Below, piece after piece: positions 45,901 to 56,552 of a DNA stretch of 64,000 bases. Every line of letters begins with the position of its first letter. Position 1 is the first letter of the stretch. Location: NCBI GenBank assembly GCA_000004985.1, contig GG738883.1. One strand, written 5' to 3'. Below the pieces are notes generated by a model. It did not search any database, was not told the origin of the DNA, and was given only the letters and a program-made list of their open reading frames with translations. Source of the DNA: Naegleria gruberi (lineage: Eukaryota). The position numbers and the translations under genes are program-made.

Positions 45901-46569
45901 ATGAATTTGCTCATGTTTTTTGTTACACTGGTGATCAGTTTATCAATACTTCATACATCATCTTCAACATCGCCATCATTTGGAGTGATGGCCATTTATA
46001 CGGAAATATATGCTGGAAAATCTGTCTGCTTTGCCGAAGATATCACTCCTAATACACCAGTCATAGTAACATATACAGCACCAAGTACAGTTGTGTTATC
46101 TACCTTGACAATAAGAGATCCATTTGGAGGTGTAGTTTCGGAAGAGAAGAATTTCCCATCAAATGGACCTCACAAGGTTCAATTCAAAACACGTTTTGAT
46201 GTTTCTGGAATGTATGAAATTTGTATCATGCCAACACAATTTGCTTCGATTCACGTTTATGGAGAGCCAACCTATGCTGCTATTAATATTGAAGTGGATA
46301 GAGAACATACGACTATGGATCATCCGGAAAGCAAGGACAGAGTAGAGAAATTATCAAATTTATTAACATCAGTGCAAGGGAAAATTAACGAAATCAATGC
46401 TCACCAGAACTACTTGAAAGAAAGAGAGGCCCGATTTCGATTCACAACTGATAGTACTTATGAAAGATGTTTTTGGATGGGTGCTGGAAAGTTTGGATTG
46501 TTATTTGTTCTAGCTGCTTGGCAATTGTACAATCTTCGTTCCTTCTTCAAGAAGAGGAAATTAATTTAA
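45901..46569 (+). CDS. p24/TMED (emp24/gp25L) cargo receptor
   Basis: Signal peptide, GOLD domain, coiled coil, a TM helix (FGLLFVLAAWQLYNL) and a cytosolic tail RSFFKKRKLI with a dibasic sorting signal. Confidence 0.8.
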   Translation: MNLLMFFVTLVISLSILHTSSSTSPSFGVMAIYTEIYAGKSVCFAEDITPNTPVIVTYTAPSTVVLSTLTIRDPFGGVVSEEKNFPSNGPHKVQFKTRFDVSGMYEICIMPTQFASIHVYGEPTYAAINIEVDREHTTMDHPESKDRVEKLSNLLTSVQGKINEINAHQNYLKEREARFRFTTDSTYERCFWMGAGKFGLLFVLAAWQLYNLRSFFKKRKLI

Positions 46570-46835
46570 TTATTTTGATTTATTTGAGTATATATAATAA
46601 TTTAACATATGTGAACAACAAGACACTAATGATTGTAAATTAAAAACATTGCGATAAATATTTTACTGCAACAATTAATCATTGTTGCAATTTTCAATAA
46701 TAATTTGAATCTGCTGCCACTATGATATTCTTTTCTGAACTTATTAGAATTGAGTGTTGGGAGGAATTCCCATCTCCCAAGTTGAGTGATAAATCTATTA
46801 GAGGTTGATAGTGATGATGCCCTTCAAAGAAAACA

Positions 46836-48446
46836 ATGAAACCACACCACCATCAAAAAAGAAATAACCAATCTTTAACTGCATCATCACCAATTCTATT
46901 CGGTAAAATTCCTCATGTAGTAGAATTGTCATCATCACAACAAACGAATTATCACAATAATGAAGAAGTGAAATCGTTAACTGTTTCGGAAGAACAATCT
47001 TGTGGAAACATGACAAGGAAGGAACATAAACCGAGGAAATCCAGAGATTTTGCAAATAGGAATGTGAAAAAGCATGCTGACTCTAAAAACAAACGAAAAT
47101 TGACCAATAATTTTGTGCATTTACCTTGTGAATTAGTATTGCATATTGTAGAATATTTGGAGTTTTCACAATTTATTCACATCTTTCTATTGTGTAAAAA
47201 TTTAACAAACAAATTGAATGAAAATTCCTCTCAATTCTACAAACTGCTATTGATTAGAATTATGAAAAGTGATATTTCCAGCTATAGGAGATATTTAGAG
47301 GAGAGAACCAAGTATAATTCCTGTCCATTCTCATTCGATATTAAGAGCACTTGCTTTAAGGCAAGAGGAATTGTACAGTGGAAAAGGTTGATTGAAAAGA
47401 GAGAGCACGAATTGGATAATCATTTGAATAAGAAACGAAAAGAACTCAAGGATTGGAAACAAGTTTATGACGGCTATTCGAGGAGAAGATCCATTGAGCA
47501 TGTCATGTTTAGAGTGAAAACTGTTTCGAAAGCTTGTTGGAAGAATGATAAGTCCTTGATTCTTGTTTTGAAAATGATAACTCAATTGAGGGAGAAATTG
47601 TTGAAATTGGACCCTGAATTGAGAAAGTACATTGTACAGAGAAATTATGGAAAGAGAATCAAAAGAGGACATACACTCTTCCATCAAATAGTTTATCTGA
47701 TTGGAAATTATTCAGAAATTCGATATGATTATGAATCTATTCAACCTTTCGTACCCCATCTCAAGTTTCTAATTGGATGTTGTGGAGAAGAAAATCCTCT
47801 CTTTACCAGAAATTCATACAATTACTCTGGAATGGATTATATTGTGAGAATTGGGAGTTATGCACTCATATCAGAGATGGTCTATTCGTACTCTCATCTA
47901 TTGAAAGGATCAGATTTATCAACATTTGAAAGGAAACCATTCTTGTTTTCCATGATTAAGAACAAGATTGCTAGCACAGTTATTAAGAATTGGATTCAAA
48001 AGTTTGAATTTCCAAAATCCTCTTTGACTATTCGAAATCATCTCAATATGAATATTCTTCACTATCTGATGCACTTTGTATTTAAATATGGTACCCAAGA
48101 CTTTTCACAATTCGTTTACCTTCTGAAAAGTGAATTATCTGAAGAGCAAGTACTAGCAATGCTAAAGGGAAAAGATGATTTAGACGAAACACCAATGTCT
48201 AAACTCCTTTCTATGTGTGAAAATAATCAAAGGAATTCCAGAGTAGGAATAATCAATTGGAAGAATCTTAAAAGACTGTATGGTCTGGTCAATATGATGG
48301 CTATTCGCTTGGGATATGATATGAGTAGTGAGGAATTGGATCGTTGGAATAATTTATTGAGAAATAATGATGAAATATTTGGAGATTCTTGTTCGAAATT
48401 TCATCTTTCTGAGGGAGTTATTGAAATGATGAGAAAAGGAATGTGA
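46836..48446 (+). CDS. F-box-like hypothetical protein
   Basis: Basic N-terminus, then LPCELVLHIVEYLEFSQFIHIFLLCKNL (F-box-like). 536 aa. Confidence 0.45.
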   Translation: MKPHHHQKRNNQSLTASSPILFGKIPHVVELSSSQQTNYHNNEEVKSLTVSEEQSCGNMTRKEHKPRKSRDFANRNVKKHADSKNKRKLTNNFVHLPCELVLHIVEYLEFSQFIHIFLLCKNLTNKLNENSSQFYKLLLIRIMKSDISSYRRYLEERTKYNSCPFSFDIKSTCFKARGIVQWKRLIEKREHELDNHLNKKRKELKDWKQVYDGYSRRRSIEHVMFRVKTVSKACWKNDKSLILVLKMITQLREKLLKLDPELRKYIVQRNYGKRIKRGHTLFHQIVYLIGNYSEIRYDYESIQPFVPHLKFLIGCCGEENPLFTRNSYNYSGMDYIVRIGSYALISEMVYSYSHLLKGSDLSTFERKPFLFSMIKNKIASTVIKNWIQKFEFPKSSLTIRNHLNMNILHYLMHFVFKYGTQDFSQFVYLLKSELSEEQVLAMLKGKDDLDETPMSKLLSMCENNQRNSRVGIINWKNLKRLYGLVNMMAIRLGYDMSSEELDRWNNLLRNNDEIFGDSCSKFHLSEGVIEMMRKGM

Positions 48447-48762
48447 TCTATTAGCAGTTAGAGAATCTGTTTATTGATTTGTAGTGGTAATGAAGATTTT
48501 ACACAGCAGAGTTGAGGAGTAAAGAAAGTAAATTCAGCTATTGAAGTGTTACCACTTTTTAAACAATATCAACAACGTTCACTTTGTGTGCTGTTTGGAC
48601 ATTGAACATGCACAGTAATTGGGCGATTTAAGTATGAATGATTAAGCGCTTCTTCAACAATAAATAATTCTTGCAACATTTTTGTGAAATAATGGAAATT
48701 GTTTGAAAAAAAAGTGATTATTCCAGTTGGCTAAAAGCACATATCTAAATCTTTATTCAGAT

Positions 48763-50071
48763 TTATCTTCTTCTTCTGTATGAGGAGGAGGAAGAGGATC
48801 TTGAAGATGATCTAGATGGAGATCTGGAGTAAGATCTAGATGGGGATCTAGATGATGATCTTGAAGAGGATCTAGATGAGGATCTAGATGAGGATCTTGA
48901 AGATGATCTAGATGGGGATCTAGAATAAGATCTTGAGGTAGATCTAGATGGGGATCTGGATGATGATCTGGATGATGATCTTGATGATTGTCTACCAGAT
49001 GATCTAGAAGATTGTCTTGGTCTGTATTCTCTGGTTTGTCTTCTTCCAGTATTTTGTCTTCTACCAGTGGATTGTCTTCCAGTATTTTGTCTTCTAGTTG
49101 GTCTAGTAGATGGTCTGGTTGGTCTGGTTGTTGGTCTGGTTGATGGTCTAGATGGTCTAGATGGTCTAGTTGGTCTGGTTGATGGTCTAGATGGTCTGGT
49201 TGATGGTCTAGTTGGTCTAGATGGTCTTTGAGTGGATGGTCTAGATGGTCTAGTTGGTCTTTCAGTTGGTCTAGTTTGTTGAGTTGGTCTTTGGGCTGGT
49301 TGAGCAGGTTGTTGAGATGGAGCTCTTCCATTATCAAGAACATTCAAAGCAGCTCTATACTTTTGATCTCTGTCAGCCTTACCATTGTAACCACCGTTAA
49401 TTCTCTTGGTGATTCTATCGAAAGCATCTTGATTCTTTTGATCAGCATATTGATTCAAATTTCTAGAATTCCAGAACCAAGCAGCAGTCTTGAAACCAAT
49501 ATCTGGTCTTTCAGCAAGGGTTGGATTATTTTCCAAATCAACACCCAAAGCTTTACCAGCAGCACGATAATTGGAACGTCCAGTAATTTGAATAGGACCT
49601 CTTCCCTTATACTATAATTATATGAATGTAAATTATCATTAGATCAACATGTTAAAAAGCAAGACACAAAATTTGATGATAGAACAAAGATATTAGAAAT
49701 ACAACAATAATAACAAAAAAACATACTCTAACACCATCACCAGAATGAGTATTACCCAAATCCTTTCTACCTTCATAAGCCTTTCCAGAAGCAAATTCTC
49801 TAAACCACTTCAAGTTACCAGATTCATGACCCAATTGAGCCAAGAAAGCAGCTTGTCTAGCAGGAGTATTAATACCAGCAGAATTCATAGCTTCATTCAA
49901 GTGTCCAACATATTCATTAGCCTTTGATGAGGACAATCCAGGCATTAATTGACTCAATTCAGAGGCAGTCAAATCACGCAAGATATCGAAAGAGTCTTCA
50001 GTTGCTGATGCAGCGGCAGCGGCGAACATCAAACAAGCGAACAAAACGGCAACGATGGCGAAGAGTTTCAT
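48763..50071 (-). CDS. secreted glycoside hydrolase family 19 (chitinase/lysozyme-like) with Pro/Thr/Ser/Arg-rich repeat tail; complement(join(48763..49611,49727..50071))
   Basis: Signal peptide MKLFAIVAVLFACLMFAAAAASA. GH19 motifs AAFLAQLGHESGNLKWFRE, ...GDGVR|YKGRGPIQITGRSNY (intron between R and Y; GTATGT donor; 115-nt intron; TATAG acceptor), and TAAWFW. The tail holds (RPTRPS)n then (SRSSSRSPS)n. Confidence 0.8.
48770..49290 (-). repeat. tandem 9-18-nt coding repeats (ggtct[a/g]g[a/t]t units; gatctagatg[a/g]ggatct units) encoding RPTRPS and SRSSSRS modules
   Basis: Visible periodicity across 48775-49270. It also creates a spurious out-of-frame ORF (48753..49343) on the same strand. Confidence 0.7.
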
Positions 50072-50521
50072 TTTTTGATTTTTTTTTAGATGATGATTTT
50101 TGCTGTGCGTATGAATTGCGAGATTGAAAAAGGCAGCAGAGGTGAACAATTCGATTATAATGTGAGAGCGTGGGATTATGATTATTGAAATCGAAGTGTA
50201 TGTTTGGCAGGTGACAGATGTCAGATTGGCTGTAGTTAGTGGCATAGGTTTGGATTGTGCTAGTATCATTATCTTGTTATATTGATACAATGATGGGTAG
50301 ATTGATTATTTCAATGTTGAATTTTTAACAAACTGACAATGTGATCATGGACCGTTTTCCATCAACATCTCTAGTAGCACCCATCTTCATCAGTCTTTCC
50401 ACAATTATTAATATCACAGTAATGTATTAATAACTTGTTCTGTCCAAATTCAAAAAGTGACATCTGTCATAAATTCATGACACTCTGTGTATGTAATTTT
50501 TAAATTTTAATAATAAAAAAA

Positions 50522-51427
50522 ATGTTAACCACTCCAAATATCATTCCATCCAGCATTATCGTTCGGCTTTTTATTTTACTGTTTTTCCAATTTATTTTGA
50601 GTAATTTTATTGAAAGATTGTGGAATTTAATTTACACAAACGAAATGATGAGATCCACACTTTTCTACACCACAACAAATAATTTACTCATGGTTATCTT
50701 GTATGGATTATTTTGTGTGGTAGATAAAATGTCAAATCCTGATTGGCGTCTGAAGGGTCCTATAAAATCAAGTGTTGCTGACAGTAGCTTATATGGAGAT
50801 GCATGGTTATATTTTTGGAGAAATACTGGTTGTTCATGGACCATTGCCTCACTTTTAACATATTTGGAACATGGTGATTTGCATGGAGGTTTTACCATAC
50901 AAGGAATTGAATTTTCAAAATTTCCAAAACAAGCACCTGGATTTCCCAGATTTATTATGGAAATTTTGTTCATGTTGTTGTGTATTGACTTTTTCATGTA
51001 TTGGATGCATCGAGCTTATCATTGGGGATTTCTTTACAAGTACATTCACAGTGTTCACCATGAATATCATGAACCAATTTCGGTAAATGCTACTTCTGTG
51101 CATGTTGTCGAGATTATCAGCATGACCGTAGTAGTATTCATAGTCCCCAAGGTGCTCTATGAAATGATCGAGTTGCATCCATTATCTATTTATTGTATTT
51201 CCTTCATTACAACGGTGCATGTTGTTTTGGAACATTGTGGATATGATGATTATTTTGAGTGGTTGACGTTTGGAGTTATTCCAGTAAGCAAGATGCATTT
51301 TGTTCATCATCAATTATCGAGAGTTAATTATGGATTTTATTTTTATTTTTGGGATTGGTTGTTTGGGACTAAAATGTCATATGAGGAGATGGATAAATTA
51401 AGGCAAAAAGGAAAGAAGGAAAATTAA
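50522..51427 (+). CDS. fatty-acid hydroxylase superfamily enzyme, sterol C4-methyl oxidase (ERG25/SC4MOL)-like
   Basis: Histidine boxes HRAYHW, HSVHHEYHEP and HFVHHQLSRVNYG. Four TM helices. The spacing pattern fits ERG25. Confidence 0.75.
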   Translation: MLTTPNIIPSSIIVRLFILLFFQFILSNFIERLWNLIYTNEMMRSTLFYTTTNNLLMVILYGLFCVVDKMSNPDWRLKGPIKSSVADSSLYGDAWLYFWRNTGCSWTIASLLTYLEHGDLHGGFTIQGIEFSKFPKQAPGFPRFIMEILFMLLCIDFFMYWMHRAYHWGFLYKYIHSVHHEYHEPISVNATSVHVVEIISMTVVVFIVPKVLYEMIELHPLSIYCISFITTVHVVLEHCGYDDYFEWLTFGVIPVSKMHFVHHQLSRVNYGFYFYFWDWLFGTKMSYEEMDKLRQKGKKEN

Positions 51428-51965
51428 GAAGTTTTGATATGTTTTTTTATGGTGGAAAGTGATAATTCAGCAGAATTATTGGTAATTATTTGAAACATTT
51501 CATAATTAAATTGGAATATTATGACAATGTTACCAATTCGAAGGAATTATTGTCAGTCTTTGAGGCTGTTATTCAATAAGTATGACTTTATTTAATTATA
51601 AATGTATTTATTTAATTTGGGGAAATCATCTTGTGCATATCACTTTTCCATCACCCTCAAAATCTCTTTTCCTCATAAAAACCACACAACCACATCCACT
51701 CATTCACACGCTTTCCATCTCCACAAAAACCAAAATAGCAAGAGCTCAAATCTCCAAATTTACACATCAATTCCTTATTTTCCTTAGCAATTTGATTTTA
51801 AAAAATATTCTTCGAAAAAAATTAGCAATAAGGTGAGTAGAGACCCAATACGAGATTTTTACGCTTAATATTTTGTTTGCTTAAATATTTGTCATCATCA
51901 TCACAATGATCATTATAAATATATTTGATGGATGAAATATATATCGGATTAATGTGTTGGTTAGG

Positions 51966-52787
51966 ATGGACACTCAACAACAACAAATCACTGAAATGAT
52001 CAATGATCTAAATGATAAAAAGGCAGAAATTTCTGCCAAGGTTGAAAAGGTGCAAGAAAACATTCAAAAGGTTAACAATTTTATTGAGGATAATCAAGAA
52101 AATATTCAAAAGGGAATTGAAACAGCCAATAAGGTTGTTGATACTGTTAATACAGTTCTTGAAAAGAAGGAAGAAATTGAAAAGAAGTTAAATGATATGC
52201 AAGAAGATCTCAAGATTAAGGCAACCAATACTTTGAATGCAATCGGATTGAATATTGCTGGAAAGGTTGCAGAAAAGTACAAGTTGAAATCACTCCCAGA
52301 AATGATGAACAGCATTCAAAATATCATTCCACCTGCTGTCTTGTATGGTTCAGTGATGAGAAAGCCAATGTTGACTCAATTCGGAACAATGATTCCAGGT
52401 TTTTCAGTTCCTTTCGAAACTATTGAGCTCATCGCTAGTTATGCATTCCTTGGTTTGCTTCCATTTGCCTTGTTCGTCAGCTTTATGGCAACCCAACAAA
52501 AAGCTAAAGTTGATGATGAATTGGCAAAGAGCAATGGCTCAATCAGAAGACACAAAAAGATTGCCATGTTGATGAGTATTTTGAGAGCTTCTTTGTGTGG
52601 ATTGGCTTATACTTGTTATGAATTGTTTGTTGGTCAAGTTCCTACTGAAATGGTGTTTGTCAAGTCTTATTTGCCTTACATGGCTTTTGCTACATTCACT
52701 TCAATTACTGGATACGAATGGTTAGATGCAAAGATTGATGATCTTGCTTACAAGTATTTGCCATCCCTCGTCAAGAAGGAAGAATAA
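51966..52787 (+). CDS. coiled-coil protein with C-terminal TM segments, unknown function
   Basis: ATG at 51966. N-terminal heptad-rich region (QENIQKVNNFIEDNQENIQKGIE) and hydrophobic segments after residue 150. Confidence 0.4.
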   Translation: MDTQQQQITEMINDLNDKKAEISAKVEKVQENIQKVNNFIEDNQENIQKGIETANKVVDTVNTVLEKKEEIEKKLNDMQEDLKIKATNTLNAIGLNIAGKVAEKYKLKSLPEMMNSIQNIIPPAVLYGSVMRKPMLTQFGTMIPGFSVPFETIELIASYAFLGLLPFALFVSFMATQQKAKVDDELAKSNGSIRRHKKIAMLMSILRASLCGLAYTCYELFVGQVPTEMVFVKSYLPYMAFATFTSITGYEWLDAKIDDLAYKYLPSLVKKEE

Positions 52788-52874
52788 ACTAATTAATATT
52801 CATTTTTTGTTATTCTTAATAATCCTATAAATAAATATTTGAAATAATTTAATAAATTAATCTAGAGTATTATC

Positions 52875-54729
52875 CTAATTTTGTAAACGTAAATGGTCAA
52901 TAATTCTGACCAATCTCAGTCTCACTCCAACCTTAGCAATTCCCATTTCCAGCAGAATTTGATTATGTAAACCCAAAAATGCTAAACCATCAATATCGTG
53001 ATGTTTGAATAATTCACCAACATTATGAGAAGGGAATGAAGAATCCAAAGTATCAATCCATTGAGCAACCCTAAAGGTATCCCAACTTTCAAAATCTCCT
53101 CTTCTGATATACAATTGCTCCTTAAGTTTATCCTTTTCAATTGGAACAAATCGAGCATATGGTGGTAAATTGGCATCATTAGAAGAATCAGGTGAGGAGG
53201 AAGTTGTCATTACTCTGTTTGGTTGTTGCATATATTGATTGTTGTTCATTATTGGAGTAGTGACATTATTGGTCTTGATATTTGGAAATCCATTATTATT
53301 CTGAATTGGTGATGGTTGAGAATTCATTCCATTGAAATAAGGTGATGAGGAAAAATAATTAGAGGATGAAGCGGAGGAGACTGCACGTTCTCTTTGAGGT
53401 GTCACAGTATTAGAGATAGATGGATTCATACCACCATTATTATTGTACATTTGGATATCACTACGATTTACATTAGGATATGGCTCAGATCTGTACTTTT
53501 GATAACTTGCTGATCTCTCTCGTGTTTGTAATGAGGCAGGTGAATTTTCTGGATTGGAAGTAGTACCTTGTTGATTGAAAGATGGTGTTACTGGTTGTTG
53601 TTGCTGTTGTTGTTGGAAAGTATAGTTTGTTGTAGGAGTTTGAGGAGTGGAATATTGCTCGCTTTGAGTATTATTCGTTGGGGAGGAAGGTTGTGGAGAG
53701 CCTGGTGCGTCATCTTTCTTTTTTCTTCCTTTTTGCTTTGGTTCATAATATTGACAATCAATTCCTCTCTTTCCACACTCGGAACATTTTGGTAATAATC
53801 TGTCACACTATATATTAATTAATAAGGGAATGAAATTGAAAACAAACCTTCTTGTGTCTCTTTCTACATGGAATACAAGCGATTGGATGATATTCACCAG
53901 AGTTGTTATCATTAATTGGTGAACTACTCTTCTTATGAGTTTGATATTCATGGAAGATGGTATGTGCAACTGTTTGTTGCTGTGAGGTTGTGGAAGATGT
54001 ACTTTGGACAGCTGATTGAGCAGTGTTGTTAACAACACTTGATGGCATGCCATTATTCATGACAGTATTTTGAGATGTTGGTGGTATTTGTTGATACAAT
54101 TGTTGTTGCTGATGGACATTACCTTGTTGTTGAACATTCTCCATGTTATTATATTGAGGTGGAGGATTTTGCATAACCTGTTGTTGTGGATTGTTATTTG
54201 TTTGTTGTGGATTTGGGGCATAACCTTCAATGGTATTATTGTTACCAGGCATGCCATACGAAGGGCCACTAGTCGAATTCAAAGAAGGTAAAGCATTATT
54301 CATTGGTTGTTGACTTGGATATTGATGGTGAGCATAGGAACCATAGTATGGTGGTGGTTGTTGATGGTGATGAATTGGAGGATAATATCCACCATGTTGA
54401 CCATCTTGGTGAGGAGGTGGAATTCCATTACTAGATTGTTGATAATTTGGTGGAATTACATTAGGAGTTGGCATTGAATGATTCATCATATTATTAGATG
54501 ATGAAGTAGTGGTACTACTACTTGGTGTATTGTTATTATTATTGGTAGAGGACATTTGAACTTCTTCCTTATTCATCATCATTGGTGGGATGACACCACT
54601 TGTCGGTTGTTGCTGTTGCTGTCCATTATTATTATTATTATTCAAATATTGATGATGATGGTTCGGATGATGATTCGATGTTGTCGTTGTAGGAGGCGAT
54701 AAATGCTCTTCTTTCACGTTCGCTAACAT
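52875..54729 (-). CDS. Zn2Cys6 (GAL4-type) zinc-cluster protein with C-terminal SAM domain; complement(join(52875..53807,53848..54729))
   Basis: Exon 1 ends ...ACIPCRKRHKK at an AAG|GTTTGT donor. A 40-nt intron (53808..53847) ends TATATAG. Exon 2 begins CDRLLPKCSECGKRGIDCQYYEP, completing a canonical C-x2-C-x6-C-x5-C-x2-C-x6-C cluster. Unspliced, the protein would end after VCFQFHSLIN. The C-terminus has a SAM domain (WDTFRVAQWIDTLD...IDGLAFLGLHNQILLEMGIAKVGVRLRLV). Long Q/N/P-rich linkers. Confidence 0.7.
53808..53847 (-). other. 40-nt spliceosomal micro-intron (GTTTGT...TAG) splitting the Zn2Cys6 motif
   Basis: Length is not a multiple of 3 and it contains an in-frame TAA. Removing it restores the zinc-cluster spacing. 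Confidence 0.65.
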
Positions 54730-55612
54730 CGCTTCTCAGTGATTTGTGTGGATAAAAATTTCTCAAAGCCTTTTTTTCTTTTAAGTTTTGGTTGCTCCTT
54801 TGCGGGTTATTCGCTGCAATTTTTTAGAGTGTTGACGATGAGCAGATTGACCTTTTTAGAGTATGGTGGAGAGGTTTTTGTGCGGTGAATATTAGAGTTC
54901 TGGAAAGTTGTAATTTTTTCAACACTCCTAGCTGGGCTGCCGCAGATTTCAACACAAGTTTTGGTGAATGGGTGAAACTGCAAATGAATGGAAAAGGTGA
55001 TGGGTGGTTTGCAGAATAAGGTCTTTTTTTTTCAACTTGTCCTCTCTCCCGTGAATCAATGTAAGAGGGGAAAATGGAGGAAGTTTGGTTGTTTTTCAAT
55101 TCGGATAGTTGCGCACAATAAACTTCATGTTTCTAATTGTGATGAATGGCAAGAGTTCGGGTGTTAATTGACCAATGCTGTTGTAATACTAAGCTCGATT
55201 GAGCGTTAAACTCCGTCTCAATAAAAGAAGTGTTTTGTTTCCATCATTTGATTTTTTATCTGAATCCAAGGACAATTTTTTACTGATGCAATAATGGGGA
55301 GAGATAAAAAACTTGTCCGCAGTAGTAGTTGCTTTTCCTCCAAGTCCTCAGGTTGCAGGAGAAAGTACATTGAGGATAAGATAAGGTCAGATAATATTCA
55401 ACTATGAAAAACATTGAGTTTTACCCAAGCATTTTCTCTTTTGCACTGTAGAAATATTGTGTTACAAGCGGAAGAAGTGTTCGCACATGTTTGCCATCAA
55501 GAACAAACAAGGAAGTCCCATCAAGTTCCTATTGATATTATTCCGTTTATACGAACTTAAAAAAGTGGCAGATATTCAATTTTTATTTATGTTTTATAAA
55601 TGATAGTGTGAA

Positions 55613-55683
55613 TCGGGTGTGGTATAGTGGTAGCATTCCAGACTGTCACTCTGGCGACCCGGGTTCAATTCCAGGCACTCGAG
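55613..55683 (+). tRNA. tRNA-Asp (anticodon GUC)
   Basis: Cloverleaf built by hand. Acceptor TCGGGTG/CACTCGA (one G-U). D-arm GTATAGTGGTAG. Anticodon stem CCAGA/TCTGG with loop CTGTCAC. T-arm CCGGG-TTCAATT-CCAGG with one G-A mismatch. Discriminator G. T5 run 6 nt downstream (55689-55693) as a Pol III terminator. Confidence 0.65.
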
Positions 55684-55688
55684 ATCAA

Positions 55689-55693
55689 TTTTT
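55689..55693 (+). terminator. oligo-T Pol III terminator downstream of tRNA-Asp
   Basis: TTTTT immediately 3' of the tRNA. Confidence 0.4.
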
Positions 55694-56552
55694 AACACTA
55701 TCCCTAACCTTTGAGTTTTACCTTCTTCATCGTAGGAGGAATGGTATGTAGCCAAGAATTATCAATTTTCAAAGTTTCATCTCTTAAAACCACCGAGAAA
55801 ATAATCAAAGATTTGACATTCATTTCCATTAAAATATTCCAAGTTCCATTACGCACAACTGGCAAAATCAAGACCCAGTTAATCCTTGATGGTTATTGTT
55901 CCATTCAGATACATTTTCTTCAACATTTAACTCCAGATAATCAATTTTTCAAACACCTAGATGTTGGTATTTTAATTTCTGCCCAATTTGAACGTGCACA
56001 CTACCAACTTTATTCGCAAAGAACCATAGCTATGATCGATGGTATTATACTTTAAAACCAAAGCATCCTTCCAAACTATTCGAAACATGTTTCTTATCAA
56101 CATGAAATTACAGGAAGGTTGTAACTCGTTCAGTATTGAGGATTCTTGTTAGGTATGCAGTTCATTTCATGTCTTTCGAATAATGGGCAATCATTCTCCA
56201 ATAGAAAAAATGTCACCATGTCGTTGATGACTTTAAAAATTAATTTTGGAAACTGCTAGTAAATTATGGACGATGAAGGGAACTGGCTTGCCGAAATAAC
56301 TGCACTTTATCATAACATTAAAAAAAAGCTCAGAATACGAAAGTACTTTCACGTTTCTAATACTTTTTATACGAAAGAACTTGCCGTTAAAATCATCATC
56401 AAGGTGATAACAAATTTCTTTGAACATTACACGAAACCAGACTTTTTAAAAAATCTAAGGTTGTCATCTTTTGTTGAGGATTCTTTTAGCCTTTCACATA
56501 ATATTATTCGAAATCAACTCTCTGCCGAAAAGCCGTTCAGAATTAGAGAAAA

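Noticed and set aside
48753-49343. 196-aa minus-strand ORF (HLDHQPDQLDH... repeats) overlapping the GH19 tail
   Set aside because: It is the +1 frame of the same tandem DNA repeat. It has no start context or signal peptide and is purely repetitive. The GH19 frame carries the conserved catalytic domain upstream in phase.
53815-53847. Unspliced continuation of the Zn-cluster ORF (…HKKVCFQFHSLIN*)
   Set aside because: Readthrough destroys the Cys spacing and stops after 10 codons. Removing the 40-nt GTTTGT...TAG intron restores a perfect Zn2Cys6 motif and a 310-codon downstream exon.
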